A stretch of 63,386 bases of DNA, counting the filler, from Sphacelaria rigidula (taxonomy: Eukaryota): NCBI GenBank assembly GCA_964200075.2. It is 7 parts of 7 records of this genome, joined end to end, with 100 filler letters (N's around TTAATTAATTAA, not from the genome) between each part and the next. Parts side by side here need not be neighbours in the genome. Positions count along the whole stretch, not along the records: positions 45,350 to 54,318 come from CAXNAA020009620.1; positions 54,419 to 63,386 come from CAXNAA020009621.1; 5 more parts are not named here. One strand, written 5' to 3'. Positions 49,326 through 61,381 of this stretch are shown here, piece by piece. A program made the position numbers and the translations under genes. Within the stretch, counting starts at the first letter, position 1; each line of letters starts with the position of its first letter. The notes beneath the pieces are model-generated. The model was not told the origin of the DNA. It searched no databases and saw only the letters and a program-made list of their open reading frames with translations.

Positions 49326-49860
49326 ATGTTGGCTCGCGTCGATGCCAATCTCCACACTCGCCGCCAGGATACAGCGACAGCGCGGGGTATTTCCGCTGGC
49401 TCTATCGGGGGCAGGGGTGGTAGCACTGCTGGAAGTGGCGGGGTATTGCGATCTACGAAATCCACGAAACCTACGGAATCTATCAAGACTTGGCGGGACA
49501 ACAACAACAACAGCAACAACGACCACCGTTTCGAAAGTAGCTCCGCTAGTAGTCGTAGCAATTATCCCGAAGCGGGACAAAGGGACGGAACTTCAACGGG
49601 GAATTATCCCGCACGTGTTCCCCCCTCCAGCAACAGCTATGGGGCGGGCTACTTTGACGTCGGTGTTTCTACCTCCCACGGTCGGAGTGATGCCCTCGCT
49701 GCGGAAAGAAGGCGGGCACTTTCGGCAGCCGGCCGGTCGGATCATCACACGGGGCCTATGCGACCGGTGCTTTTCGAACACCGGGCTGGCGGGAGTGGTG
49801 GCAGCGGCGCCGAGCAACAGTCGAACTTTCAGCAGGGTGCAGAGTATCAGCCAAATGGGG
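49326..49860 (+). CDS. Possible low-complexity (G/S/N-rich) coding exon; 5' boundary unknown
   Basis: Long GC-rich open frame ending at a GTGAGA donor at 49861; no recognisable domain. Confidence 0.35.
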
Positions 49861-50217
49861 GTGAGATGATAGTTGGGGAATGAACGAGGAGCAGGGAGGA
49901 AGGGGGGGGGGTACTCATGACCTTGCATGCCGTAGTCGTCTTACTATTGACCCCGCACCCCTTCGAAGCCGGTACGGAGCACGCCGTGCTTTCGCCGGAC
50001 TACGAGCTGTGCCAACTCAAAAGCGGCTAAAAGTTGTTCACACACCACAGCTTTCCCAGTTTCCCGAATGAATCCGATGTAAGCATATCACTGTGAACAG
50101 CAGACCCACCTGATGAAAAAGGACTGCGTCGTTGTTCGATTGCCGTTGTATTGCCGATGACGTTATTGTTCTGCGTAGAGTACTGGGTGCGCCTCATATC
50201 GTTGGGAGATGAGTGAA

Positions 50218-50450
50218 AAACCAATTTGGGGGAATTTCGGCGATCTGATCGGATCTCCTAACTTCCCCAAAATTGTTGCTAAACCTAGGACCCCAACATG
50301 TCGGTTGTCAGGATCCAAATTTGTGTGGCGTGTAGTAATTGTCAATAGCTACCAGTAGGTGAAGAAGTGGAAATGTATTCCGAAGATTTGGTGTGAACAC
50401 GAATATTTGAATTTTCCGGGTTTTCATCCTCAACAAGAAATCCATCCCCA
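50218..50450. mobile_element. Single-arm remnant of the foldback element at 55089-55527
   Basis: GGACCCCAACAT..GATTTGGTGTG..CCGGGTTTTCATCC aligns with 55325-55511. Confidence 0.7.
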
Positions 50451-50811
50451 CACAGGCAGAGACAGAGAGAGACGAAGGCAGAGAGAAACCCAAGGACACA
50501 GTCAAACATGTACAGAAACACAACCACGAACATCGCTAGACCACAGCCCGAGGAGAAGCCAACTACCGATAAGGGAAGATAAGGGTACATCAGCTTCTGT
50601 GTTGTACCTTTTACCTGCGCCGCATACTGGCAGTGTTTTTCCGCCCACGTTTGTAATGGTGGTGCTCACCGGTCCTCGGCTGTGCCTAGGCTGCCGCCGA
50701 CCAGTTCGTGCTTAACAGCAAATTCTGGATAAGGCCGGTTCTCACGTCGAACAAGAATAAAAATCTTGATAGACTTTCTTGTCGCAGTTTCTGCGTCGTG
50801 TAACGCCCCAA

Positions 50812-50818
50812 ATTATTG

Positions 50819-50852
<34 letters not shown>

Positions 50853-50958
50853 CATTTATTATTATCATTATTATTGTTATCATTATTATTATTATTATTA
50901 TTATTACTACTATTATTATTATTATCATTATTATCATTATTATTATTATTACTACTAC

Positions 50959-51009
<51 letters not shown>

Positions 51010-51312
51010 CATCATCATTATTATTATTATCATTATTATCATTATTATCATTATTATTATGATTATTATTATTATTATGATTATCATTATTATCACTATT
51101 ATCATTATTATTATTATGATTATTATTATTATTATGATTATTATTATTATATGATCATTATTATTATTATTATCATTATTATCATTATTATCATTATTAC
51201 TATTATTACTATTATTACTATTATTACTATTATTACTATTATTACTATTACTACTATTATTACTATTATTACTATTTATTACTATTATTACTGTTATTAC
51301 TGTTATTATTAT
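50812..51312. repeat. ~500-bp imperfect (TAT)n microsatellite, probably an expanded retroposon tail
   Basis: TAT with CAT/TAC/GAT variants; abuts the reverse complement of the 27211-27260 retroposon end. Confidence 0.9.
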
Positions 51313-51788
51313 TTCCGCACATTAGTCAGATCTCTCGAACCCCTGGTCACAGACGTAGGCTCGTCTTCTTAATACCGTCCCTGATATTCCTTTCAAGACA
51401 TAGAGTCCTCCATCATTTTTTCAGAGACTCCAGCCTAATTACATGAACAAACGCAATCGACTCAAATATTACCAAAATGAAATACGAAGAGAGACGCCAA
51501 GAAAGGCATGAGAAGTAGCTTCCCCGAGTCCAACGGGGTGAAAAAAAAAAAACTTCAGATCTGCTAAGAAAAGCACACAGAGAGAAAAGGGAAATAAAAT
51601 AAAAGACAAGAAAAGAGCTGTATAACCAACCAATCGACCCGAGGTCCAGGTCGAGAACTACCCACGGGGAAAGTGGAAAGATTGCAACAAGGTTTAGTAC
51701 ACGGCCAAGCCGCGGGTATACATGCAGACGAAACAAAAACTGCAAACCCCAACAAAATATTGCCTCTAGACACACATTGGATCCTTAC

Positions 51789-51868
51789 GCTTCGCATGGA
51801 ACCCCGCCCTTGATCAGCTGTATGACCTTCGCCGCTTCACCCGGCATGGTGTGTGCCACATGCTTGAG
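51789..51868 (-). CDS. LRR-protein gene, visible exon 5
   Basis: CAG|CTCAAG..GC|GTAAGG; LKHVAHTMPGEAAKVIQLIKGGVPCE; its phase-0 start fits exon 4. Confidence 0.65.
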
Positions 51869-52228
51869 CTGGTGTTTTGCGGTGTGTCCCACAAACATCG
51901 AGGAGTGATTGGGGAGGAGCGAGTAGGCCGAAAGCAGCAGGCGTGACCCGGCATGTTATGACGGTGGAGAAAACAGTTGCTTAAAGAATAATGTCTGTAG
52001 TGATCACTGGGGGCAGTCCTACTCTTCCAGTCCGCTACTTCCATCATTTCGAAGCATGAACACCGACACGCGCCTTGCCTTCGGCGAATATCCGATATCT
52101 TCAGACTTGGCAGTTACTCTCCAGACCCCCCTCAGATTGCAACCAAAGTGTCGGGTGGGGAACACACACACTTCTCTCCCCACTTCGCCGTGCGATTTGC
52201 CCGTGGACACCCCCAATACTACGATCAC

Positions 52229-52324
52229 CTGTAGCCCCTTGTCCTTCGCCGCACGCCTTATGAGGTGACAAGCCACAGCTCTGTCGTAGGGCTCCTCCAT
52301 GCGAAGCTCGTAGCGAGATCTCAG
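52229..52324 (-). CDS. LRR-protein gene, visible exon 4
   Basis: CAG|CTG..CAG|GTGATC; LRSRYELRMEEPYDRAVACHLIRRAAKDKGLQ; 96 nt, phase 0/0. Confidence 0.75.
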
Positions 52325-52774
52325 CTGCGCCAACGAGTGTGCAGCCCCACTTTTAGAATGTAGTTCGTCGGAGTTCATGAGCGTTGCTTGGAGTTCATGC
52401 GCGTTGCTATTGTTGGAATCAGGGGTGCGTTCGTCGTGTTAGCGTGGTACGTCGGGCCAGTCGTGGCCTCTGAGCTGCTTTTCCCTCCACCGTTTCCAAT
52501 ATTTGGGGGTTTTGGTGGAACGCACTGCTTGCCTCAGTTCGTCCGAGTTTTCATCTGTTTCTTGACGTCTCGGCTGTACCGCCGAATAGAAGTACCTTTG
52601 AATGGTTGGCATTGATGTTTGTCGCCCTCTTAGGTTGCGGACTACCCACCTCCATGACTCTGTGATGAGAAGGTCATTGAATAGGGGAGACAGGATGTCA
52701 CTGTGGTCACTGCTCGCATCCCCGCCGATATGAGCACCTCTTGAACAATACGTCGATTCGTGCACCTCTCATAC

Positions 52775-52880
52775 CTTGTCGTCATTAAACCAGCATTCCT
52801 TGCAGTCCACCATGAAGTTGCAGTGGGATACCAGAACCTTCACTCGGTCGCCAAGCTCAGCGGGTAGTGCCATCACACAC
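52775..52880 (-). CDS. LRR-protein gene, visible exon 3
   Basis: AAG|G..AAG|GTATGA; CVMALPAELGDRVKVLVSHCNFMVDCKECWFNDDK; phase 2/0. Confidence 0.75.
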
Positions 52881-53238
52881 CTTGTGCGTGAACGTTGGTC
52901 GGCGACAAAAAGTGAGAACGAACGTCAAGCCGGACTGGCTTTCAGCATCAGGAGAAACGGCGTCTGCCATGCCCACGAGGGTGTCAGAGTATTTCTTGCG
53001 AAGTTGCCGGTTCCTTGACCACGACGAATCGGTTTGTTTCTCACGACGCGCTTCTGCTGATTTTCGAAAAATCTCGCCAGCAGGTCGATTTCGCGCATAT
53101 CTTCACCCTGGCATCACGTCCATAGACAAACCCGTAGCCGCTTTTACATTGAAGACACGGAGGCGTTTTCTCGGCGACGAGGGGGGGGGGGGCATTTAGG
53201 ACACCGCGGATCGCGCAGGGACATGTGACACTCCTCAC

Positions 53239-53366
53239 CCGACTCCGATCTTGCCCAGAGCATTGTTTGATAAGTTGATGCTGCGGATGCTGGAATTGGA
53301 TCGTAATCCTTGACAGATAACGAAACACGCTCTAGGATTGAGGGAGTTGCTCGCCAGCCCGAGAGT
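53239..53366 (-). CDS. LRR-protein gene, visible exon 2 (RI-like LRRs)
   Basis: CAG|ACT..GG|GTGAGG; TLGLASNSLNPRACFVICQGLRSNSSIRSINLSNNALGKIGV; phase 0/2. Confidence 0.85.
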
Positions 53367-53685
53367 CTGATGATAGAGACGGCGGACACGGAAAACGCGT
53401 GAGGGTTAGGTCGGTGAGCCCGATAGTTTGCCCCGCGAGAGTTCGACCTATCAAAATCTTGACTTCTTCTGCCCGACGGTGTAACTCGGTGCCTAATACC
53501 ATAAAAGGAAGGGGGAAATAACACCACGGTTGTCATTCCTGTTGCGATCTACTGGTTGACATCCTCTCCTGGACCAAACCGGTGTGGGCTAACGTCGTCT
53601 GTCGCAAAACATGGCTTGTTGGGAGCGGTCAGTTTTGTCAACGTTTTTATCTCCCAATCGGTGTATTTTAGGTGCTTCCAATCAC

Positions 53686-53786
53686 CTGAAGGCTGGTGTT
53701 GAGATGCAAGCCTGCTCCGATTGCCTCGCCGCCTTTGGCGCCGAAACAGTTATAGCTCAGGTCCAGGTGAACCAAATGCTTTGCGG
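53686..53786 (-). CDS. LRR-protein gene, visible exon 1 (RI-like LRR)
   Basis: TAG|CC..CAG|GTGATT; KHLVHLDLSYNCFGAKGGEAIGAGLHLNTSLQ (LxxLxLxxN, 28-aa spacing). Confidence 0.85.
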
Positions 53787-54318
53787 CTACCACACGGAAA
53801 CATAGTGTTGAGACACGGCCATAGTATAGGACACATCCATAAATGTAAACCTACTATCTGCACTCGGGCTGGTAACTAGACATGCGGGGTACAGTACTGT
53901 ACCGGTGAGCCGTGTTTACTCTGGATCACCGTACGCGGACCACATTGTGGCCAGTAAATGCCCGAGCCATTTTCTGAAAGTCCCACAAGGTGTCGGCTGT
54001 CGTGAAGGTTCAGGCGCATACACGAGGGCATGGCCTTCGCCGTTGAGCGCTGGCATCTACATGTAGTGGATTAATAACCTGCGGTGAGCATGTAAACTTT
54101 TCGCGTCTAGCTACAGCCACAGTACAAACAATTAATGCACTATCGGGCGAAGCAGGTCGTCCAACGACGGTACGCGAGCTGCGGGAACTCGTGGCAAAGG
54201 CAAACACGGCAGGCTGTTACGAGCCAGTAGTGGCCTCTGAGTCATGCCACGATAGGGGGGGGGGGGGGGGGGGCAAGCAAAGCCAAGCGGGAAGATCAAG
54301 AACGATCCAATCCCCCCC

Positions 54319-54418
54319 NNNNNNNNNNNNNNNNNNNNNNNNNNNNNNNNNNNNNNNNNNNNTTAATTAATTAANNNNNNNNNNNNNNNNNNNNNNNNNN
54401 NNNNNNNNNNNNNNNNNN
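54319..54418. other. Artificial contig spacer
   Basis: N44-TTAATTAATTAA-N44. Confidence 0.98.
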
Positions 54419-55088
54419 TGGGGTACTAAAAACAAATAAAAAAGAAAGAAACTCCTGTGTTGACCTTCCTCCTGTGTGACCCCTGCTGGTGCGCCCACAT
54501 GTACCGAAAGATGCAGACTGGCGCGCAGAATAAATGGGACGACAACACACACACTGTGATAGCTGGTTGGCACCCGACTCCGAGAATATGACCTTCGTGT
54601 GCAATCAAAAAGATTCTGCACACGGGTTGATAAAGGAATCCACCCATGGGCCTTACATTACTCGCTCAACACAATTTTAAAACAAAGCAAGGTCCGGCAT
54701 ACAGACACAACATGCAGTACAATCCGTAATGAAACCTCACATCAATTACGACGTGCCTGCCAACCACGCGCTATGATGTGCAGCCAATCTTTCCTCAAAT
54801 GATGTTTCGGGGAAAATTCCTGGTACTTGCGCGCAGTCAAACAATCAAAAGGGATGTACGTACATACCATGGCTTACTGCACTACCAGTCAAGTATTCAT
54901 TAGCACACATTGAGTAGTGGCATTCGTCGAGCTTTTCATGTCCGTTCTGGATGATGTAGCTGCAGTGGAGTTCGTTGAGGTCGCTGGATCTGATTCGATG
55001 ATAATGTTGAAGCTGCTCGCCTCTGCCCATGCCCTCAGTCGACACTCGTTGTGCTGCAGTATATAGTGGCCGTTGAAAGTTCTGAAAA

Positions 55089-55527
55089 CACGGGGTCCTA
55101 CAAATTGGGGATGGATCTTATATTGAGGATGAGAAACCCGGAGGATTAAAATCTTCGTATCCGCACCAAATCTTCGGAATATGTTTTTATTTCTTCACCT
55201 GCTGATAGGTATTGACAACTACTACACGCCATAGAAATTTGGATTTCGATCACCGAAATGTTGGGGTCCCAGGCGAAAAACAAAATCGGAACAGTTTTGG
55301 CGTCCGTTCTGATACCCGGAATTCCCCCAAAACAGTTTTTCACCTGGGACCCCAACATTTCGGTGATTAAAATTCAAATTTCTGTGGCACGTAGCAGTGG
55401 TCAATACATATTAGTATGTGAAGAAATGGAACCATATTTCGGGGATTTGGTGTGGATACGAAACTTTTAATCCTCCGGGTTTCTCATCCCCAATAAAAGA
55501 TCCGTCCCCAATTTTCAAGATCCCGTG
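55089..55527. mobile_element. Foldback MITE with ~190-bp inverted arms and CACGGG..CCCGTG termini
   Basis: 55089-55280 pairs imperfectly with 55334-55527 (e.g. ATCACCGAAATGTTGGGGTCCCAGG with CCTGGGACCCCAACATTTCGGTGAT). Confidence 0.9.
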
Positions 55528-55967
55528 TTCGAACAGTGACGTACTGTGACCTGCTCGGTCACACGAAATGTTCCGCTTCAAACAAGACACCGAAACTTCA
55601 AGTGACGTCTCACACACGTGTCTGAAGATGCTGTAGTACTCCTTGCGCGCCGAGAAGACCGATGTTTCTGGCAATGCTCAAGTGCGCTGAAGATGTGCCT
55701 CTGGATGCTGGCTTCTCGGTAGTGGATGCTGTCCTCGGGCTTGCTGGTGGAATAACTTGTGATCGTTTCTTCTTGGGAAAAAAACGTGATTTTAGGTCGT
55801 GCCGAATGCGCTAGGTGCACGGCACTTACTGTACCGCGACTTGTGTCCTCGATCTCTTGGCGACATTGACTCGTCCCGCTTTTCAGGTGGGGAGTTGACG
55901 TAGCTGGCCCCTGCTGTGGTGCTGATGTGCCTGTATTCCTGGGGTCAAGCACTTCTGTGGTGTGCCC

Positions 55968-56184
55968 TGTGATGCGTGAGAGGACTGCTTGCCTAGAGGG
56001 CCGCACTGTAGTCCAAAACACCTCAGGGTCGACTTTTTTCAGAACCAATCGGGCCAGCCCCTGCAGGGACCCCGCCCCTGACCCCAACCCCAACCCCAAC
56101 CCCAACCCCAACACTAACGCTAACCATAGGGGTGCTTAATTTCCGATGCAATCCTTTAAGCTCGCGGTCCTCTCACCCATTACA
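55968..56184. mobile_element. MITE with TGT(A/G)ATG TIRs and an internal (CCCCAA)n/CTAAC run
   Basis: TGTGATGCGTGAGAGGACTGC ... GCGGTCCTCTCACCCATTACA; partial copy at 9328-9427. Confidence 0.7.
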
Positions 56185-56250
56185 TACCCTTCCTTCTCCG
56201 GCGATATTGTGCCTTTGATCCTGTAACTGCTCAGGTCTAATACCTTGGGC

Positions 56251-56295
<45 letters not shown>

Positions 56296-57560
56296 CGCCG
56301 CCGCCTCCATTGATCATCGCGGTTTTTCCGCCGTGAAGTTGCCCTTTTTTTGTCGTCGAAGGAGAAGAAACTTCAGATCCCGTACTCCCATTGCAATGTT
56401 CACGCGTTCTAGAGTTGACGGGCTTGCTCGTTTTGTGAATTTTCTGCTTTTGTTTACTGTCTGTACTGTTGGGGGCGGTTGCAGACTTGAATCATGAAAA
56501 TTGATATTTACTGTAACTTGCATTATTTCTCGTTTTCCTCCGCGAACCGCACGCTAATTTGGCTATTTGCCGAAAGCTGTCGAAGATATTCCCCCAGTCT
56601 TGACTGCTCCTGTCAGTTTGATGTCCGGTGGTACTACTCACGATCCTTAAGTATTCATCTGCCTCAGGTTGCTCGTAAACCTTTCTTTTCCCACCTATGA
56701 TCTTTTGAAGAGATCTGGTTTCTTGATCTTCTGGCTGGCGCTGCTGAGACGACTTTGTAGTGACGTTTCCTCGCTCGCGCTGACCGACGAAGAATCGATC
56801 GAAGGCTGATGACCGGATGACCTACGTGGTCACGAATAGAAGGTTAATGTCATGTTGGGAGTATTGGCTCGTGTGGCGCTACCTCACTAGACAGTATAGC
56901 AGAGGTTTGCATAGTAGCGACTATGCTACCTTGAGATGTGCAGCGAAGAAGAAAAGTCAGGTGGCTTTCTGTGGCGCGTCACTCGGCCAAAGCAAAATCA
57001 AATAGCCTCTTTTGCACGCAGAGAGCTGGGACGAAAATTGGCTAAGCTCGGGAGAGTGAGAACGGTGGTGATCGAGATCAAGCCTCAACAGTCATCACTT
57101 TCTGGAACAAAACCATTTCGGCACACGTACGTCCAAGGAAGCTATATCATCTGATTCAACTACACTGCTGCTGACGCAGTAGACTGGCCAGCTCCTATCT
57201 TAGATCAACTGCCATCTTACACACAAGATGTACTTCAGCTTACGCGGCCTAGATAATCTACTAGAGTATCCTTCTGTACCGAATCATGGCAACACACTTA
57301 CTCCAGTAATATCCTACTTTGAACGTCCCTCAGACAAGCAGACTATATACTACCACAAAGAGGTACTCCGTGAAAAAGATACGCGATTTCTTCGAGCCGT
57401 CATAAGCTATGCCGGCTATCTTTGTAGCGAAGACTTCATTCAAACGCAATGAATACAGACTGCATCCTCCAGATGCTCAATACATATAACGGAGCGAAAT
57501 ACCGCACCGGTTAGAAAAAGCGTGCCGAAAGGTGAATCGAGGAGATTCAGGTCGACCTCC

Positions 57561-57814
57561 GAGTCATGCTACGATAGGCGGGGGGGGGGTGTTCGATGCC
57601 GCGAAAAAATGGACTCCTAGGCGCTTCAGACGACCTAACGCACTCGCGGTGCGCTTGTATTTGGGTAAAAGCGGTGTCAACCAGTATAAATGAGCGTAAT
57701 TTGTGGGAAGCAAGCGCGTTCGAACAACCGTTGCTGCTATCAACGACGATTGCAAGCGGACTTTCATGGAAGAAAACGGCCCACAATACCCCTCCCCCTA
57801 CCGTAGCATCACTC
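57561..57814. mobile_element. Sola-like MITE with a 4-bp TSD (CTCC)
   Basis: GAGTCATGCTACGATAGG ... CCTACCGTAGCATCACTC; CTCC at 57557-57560 and 57815-57818; TIRs are shared with 39901-40157 but the interior differs. Confidence 0.8.
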
Positions 57815-59309
57815 CTCCTTGTCAATGAAAGAATACGGCTGGACGTTTATGAAGAAAAAAGGTTGAAGTTGTTTGGTATGGATAAATTCATAAAAGATTT
57901 GACACTTTGTACGATAGCTCCCCCCCCAAAACGTGCCTGGTTTGGGGAGGCAAAATATTCGCGTAAATCGAAATGGAAAATACCCAGCCCAAGGAGAAGC
58001 TGGAAATTCCACTCTTGGTTTCGTTTTCGCCAATGTCGCCCATATAAGGGGCCTCATGCGGCCTGAACTCAAACATCAGGTGCTTTATGACCATTTTTTT
58101 GTGACATTCTTGGGCTGATTTTGGGGGCGGGCTATCGTGGAAAGTATCATATTTTCATAACTTAAGTTGCACGAAATACAGAAAGGGCTATGAATATGAC
58201 CAGTGGCTTATAAGGGAAACGCACTTTCCTCGGCACCCCTCACGAGTCTGCTATTGACTTTGTACCTGTCCCTGGAGAACAACATCAGTTTCTGGGAATA
58301 TGTAGTAGGAACTCGACCACTGCTACATGAGCTGAAACCTCATTTTTTGCAAGGCACTTTTCATCGGCGTGTTTGACTGTCAGCTACAGTGCGATTGGAA
58401 TGTTTGACTACAGCTTATATTGTATCATACCTGTTGTTTTTTCGTGTAACCTCGGTTGGGTGTAATATATCAGCCGGTGACACAATACATATTCGATGGT
58501 ACTTTTTGTTCCCTCCCATATGTGTGTAATTGGTAAAATGAATGAACCCCAATCCATTTCGCAAACAACTGCGCACATACGTCATGCTTGCGGGAAAATT
58601 CTAACGGTTTTCTTCATCATTTTGCGAAGCCGTACCAATCACACGGGTAGGGTAGGTAGTATTCCGACCAAGCTTTACCAACCAGATTGAAACACGAATG
58701 GGACCATAGAGACTGATGAATCCCCAGCATACCGCATCGAGTAAAGACTTTTTTCCGATGCTTGCAACCAGAGGGATGTCCATAAACCATTTGTTCCTTT
58801 ACATTTTCTACTTCGACCTTTTCAGAATTGTTCTTTCTCTTCTCTCCGTTCGTTCCGTTTGTTCCGTTTGTTTGTACTCACGCCTGGTAGTGGTTGGGCC
58901 TCGTCCTGCAGAGCTCGTGGGTGAGAGGTCATGCCCAATTGCATGGTTCTCAAATACTTGAGCAGCAGAATGCTTCCACGAGCAAACGGGTTTTATGGAA
59001 ATGGCACGTTTTCCAAGCGCACATAAAGATATTCCCCTCCGGGAAGTCAACGCTTTCTCAAGTTTTTACAAACCATTCCGCTGACATCCAATGAAAAAGA
59101 CGGAAGAAACTCTCCCGCTCGCACAATCCTCGGAATCTATCGAGCAAAACTGGAACCGTAAGCTCACACCAGGTTGTCAAACCGTTGATGAGCATGTTGA
59201 GATAACGGCGTCCCGCATAATTGAGGTACTCGGTTCCAATGACGATAAATCAGTCCCCGGTCTAGACGAAATGAAAGGCGAGAGTTCTCTTCTTGATTAG
59301 CCCTTAAAT

Positions 59310-59530
59310 GAAGAATGCCAGCGACTTGAAAAGTCGAACCGTTGCCAATGTACGCCGAGAAAATGTCGAACCATGGACCCAGCCCCAACCCGCATTATAT
59401 TCGAGCAAGACACTGCTTGGTTCACAGCTGGCGCTGCGTTTACGAGCTGTGTCTTCGTGGTGAATAACGCGGCCAGTTCTCGTAGCCTCACTTCCGAGCC
59501 TACCGGGCCATTCGGAAGAAAGGCAAGGTT
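59310..59530 (-). mobile_element. Highly decayed Copia RNase H fragment
   Basis: GPVGSEVRLRELAALFTTKTQLVNAAPAVNQAVSCSNIMR is colinear with DPISFKVRLQGLTAQSTMEAELVAAALTMKEGIFCSNMMR. Confidence 0.7.
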
Positions 59531-60552
59531 TAACGGAAGAGGTCGTATTCCTCGTACCCGCGTGTATTTTTAGTTAAGCGTGTGCAGATTATGTATTGGA
59601 CATAGACCTCATACGCAGATTCTCGGGCATGTAGTCAACCAGCCTGGTGGGAGCCAGTGCGGTTCAGTACAAAGTACCGACAGGAACGATCCGGGAACCA
59701 GTACTGTAGCCAGTGTTTACTCTAGCCAGACCGGCTCCGCGGCTCTATATTGTAAGCTCTACAGTTGGGGTGTAGGGCTGAGATTCAGAGAGCGAAGGTT
59801 CAGATAGAGCTGTACACCAGCGGGTGACGTCTGAATGAATAACGAAAAGCACGGCAATGCAGCGCCCCACTCGGGTACGTCGTCTGCTCAACCCATCAAG
59901 ATCTCTCGTGACAATTGTCTTGCTCCGCTATAAAACGGTGCACTGCGAGGAAGCGCGCCACGGCTACATCAAACAACGACAAAGCGTCGCTTGGGAGGTC
60001 GATGCTATTCTCAATACCATCTCCTCACCGCACGCTACTGTGCTGCACTTGCGGGCACCAGAAGGCTGGCGGACAACACGTGTGGCGGCGTCCAGGCCAG
60101 ATCCAAGTGTGGCTCATGATATGATGTCGTATTCAACGTAAAGGAACGGGTCGACGATTCGAATCAAGTTGCCTGAAACGAGTGTTGGTACTGTATAGAA
60201 CAATGTTCCCGGAAGAATGAAAGCATCGCCCCAGACGGCACCGAGTTCGTAGCAGGTACGGGTCGGTATATGATGATGTGACCGAAATGAACAATGCCAT
60301 TTCATTGTGTGGATACAATGTCCGTACACGCATGTTTAGCCCGAAAACACACAGAAGAATCGCGTGTCGGATCCGTACACACGAGACTACGGGGTTTTCG
60401 AATAGAGGCCAGTACACACCCTCATGCCAAACAGAAACGTGCGATGACATTAGGCAGCCTGGTCAGGTAGTGGAGTCGTTGTTGTAGACAGGGGAGGGGC
60501 GGGGGATAACAAGGATCCGACGGCGGCGGCGTCGCACAACGACCATCGTATA

Positions 60553-61381
60553 CGAGCTGGGCCAGCCTAGAGGCGGATTTAAAGTTTGCAGGCCCATGCT
60601 CCCGCCAATGTTTAGAGTTGGACCCTGAAATTTGGTATGGACAATGAACAGGGTATGAAAAACAAAATTACAGCGGCACCAAAACTGCTTTTTTACTTTC
60701 TCATGAGTTAAGGCAATATCAAGTAAAAAAGTAATTTATCAAACTTTTGATGCCGCTGTAATTTGTTTTTTCATACCCCATGCATTGTCCATACCAGATT
60801 TCAGGGTCCAACTCTAAACATTGGCGGGAGCATGGGCCTTTCAAAGCCGGGTCGGCAGGAATTCGGAACAGTATTTCGCAGGCCACTCACCGGCTCATGT
60901 TTGGTTCTCGTGTATTGAAATTGTTTGCGGGCGCTCTCTAAGGCATGATTAACAAAAGCGAGTTGGTCGGGTTGATTTTTTTCCATGTTTTTCACTGGTT
61001 CACGGCGTTCTACTATGGTAAAGACCATCTCTTCACGAGAACGCCCGAACCTCTATGACAAGAAAAAACAATAAAGGCCCATTCATTTATTTTTTCGGCA
61101 CTCTTTTGTGGTTCTCCACACCAAATTTCGTCGCCATCCGCTAAAGGCATTGATCGGGAGTTTCATAGAGATTTTAGTATTGGCGCCATCTCCCTTAGGT
61201 ATAGGAATTACTATACATGGGGTTTAATCAACGAGGAAATATGAGCCCCAACTTTCGAGCAGGTGGGCACTTCCCCCTTGATTAGACGATTAATACGATA
61301 TGCGGATCACGGCCCGACTCGTCTGTGTCGATGAGAAATTGCTTTTAGAGCTGAAATCCGTTTTTAGGCTGGCCCGGCTCG
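60553..61381. mobile_element. 829-bp Tc1/mariner-like non-autonomous element with a TA TSD
   Basis: TA|CGAGCTGGGCCAGCCTAGAGGCGGATTT ... AAATCCGTTTTTAGGCTGGCCCGGCTCG|TA; the empty site is visible in the next unit (62111-62126). Confidence 0.88.
60591..60838. mobile_element. Nested MITE with ~95-bp TIRs starting GGCCC (possibly PIF/Harbinger-like)
   Basis: GGCCCATGCTCCCGCCAATGTTTAGAGTTGGACCCTGAAAT has a perfect reverse complement ending at 60838; no clear TSD. Confidence 0.85.

Noticed and set aside
50686..51372. Poly-Ile/Tyr/Leu ORFs
   Set aside because: These are translations of a (TAT)n microsatellite.
60262..60330. Hammerhead ribozyme in the tandem unit (TGATGA..GAAA)
   Set aside because: The core reads ATGATGA rather than CTGANGA, and stems I and II cannot be formed.
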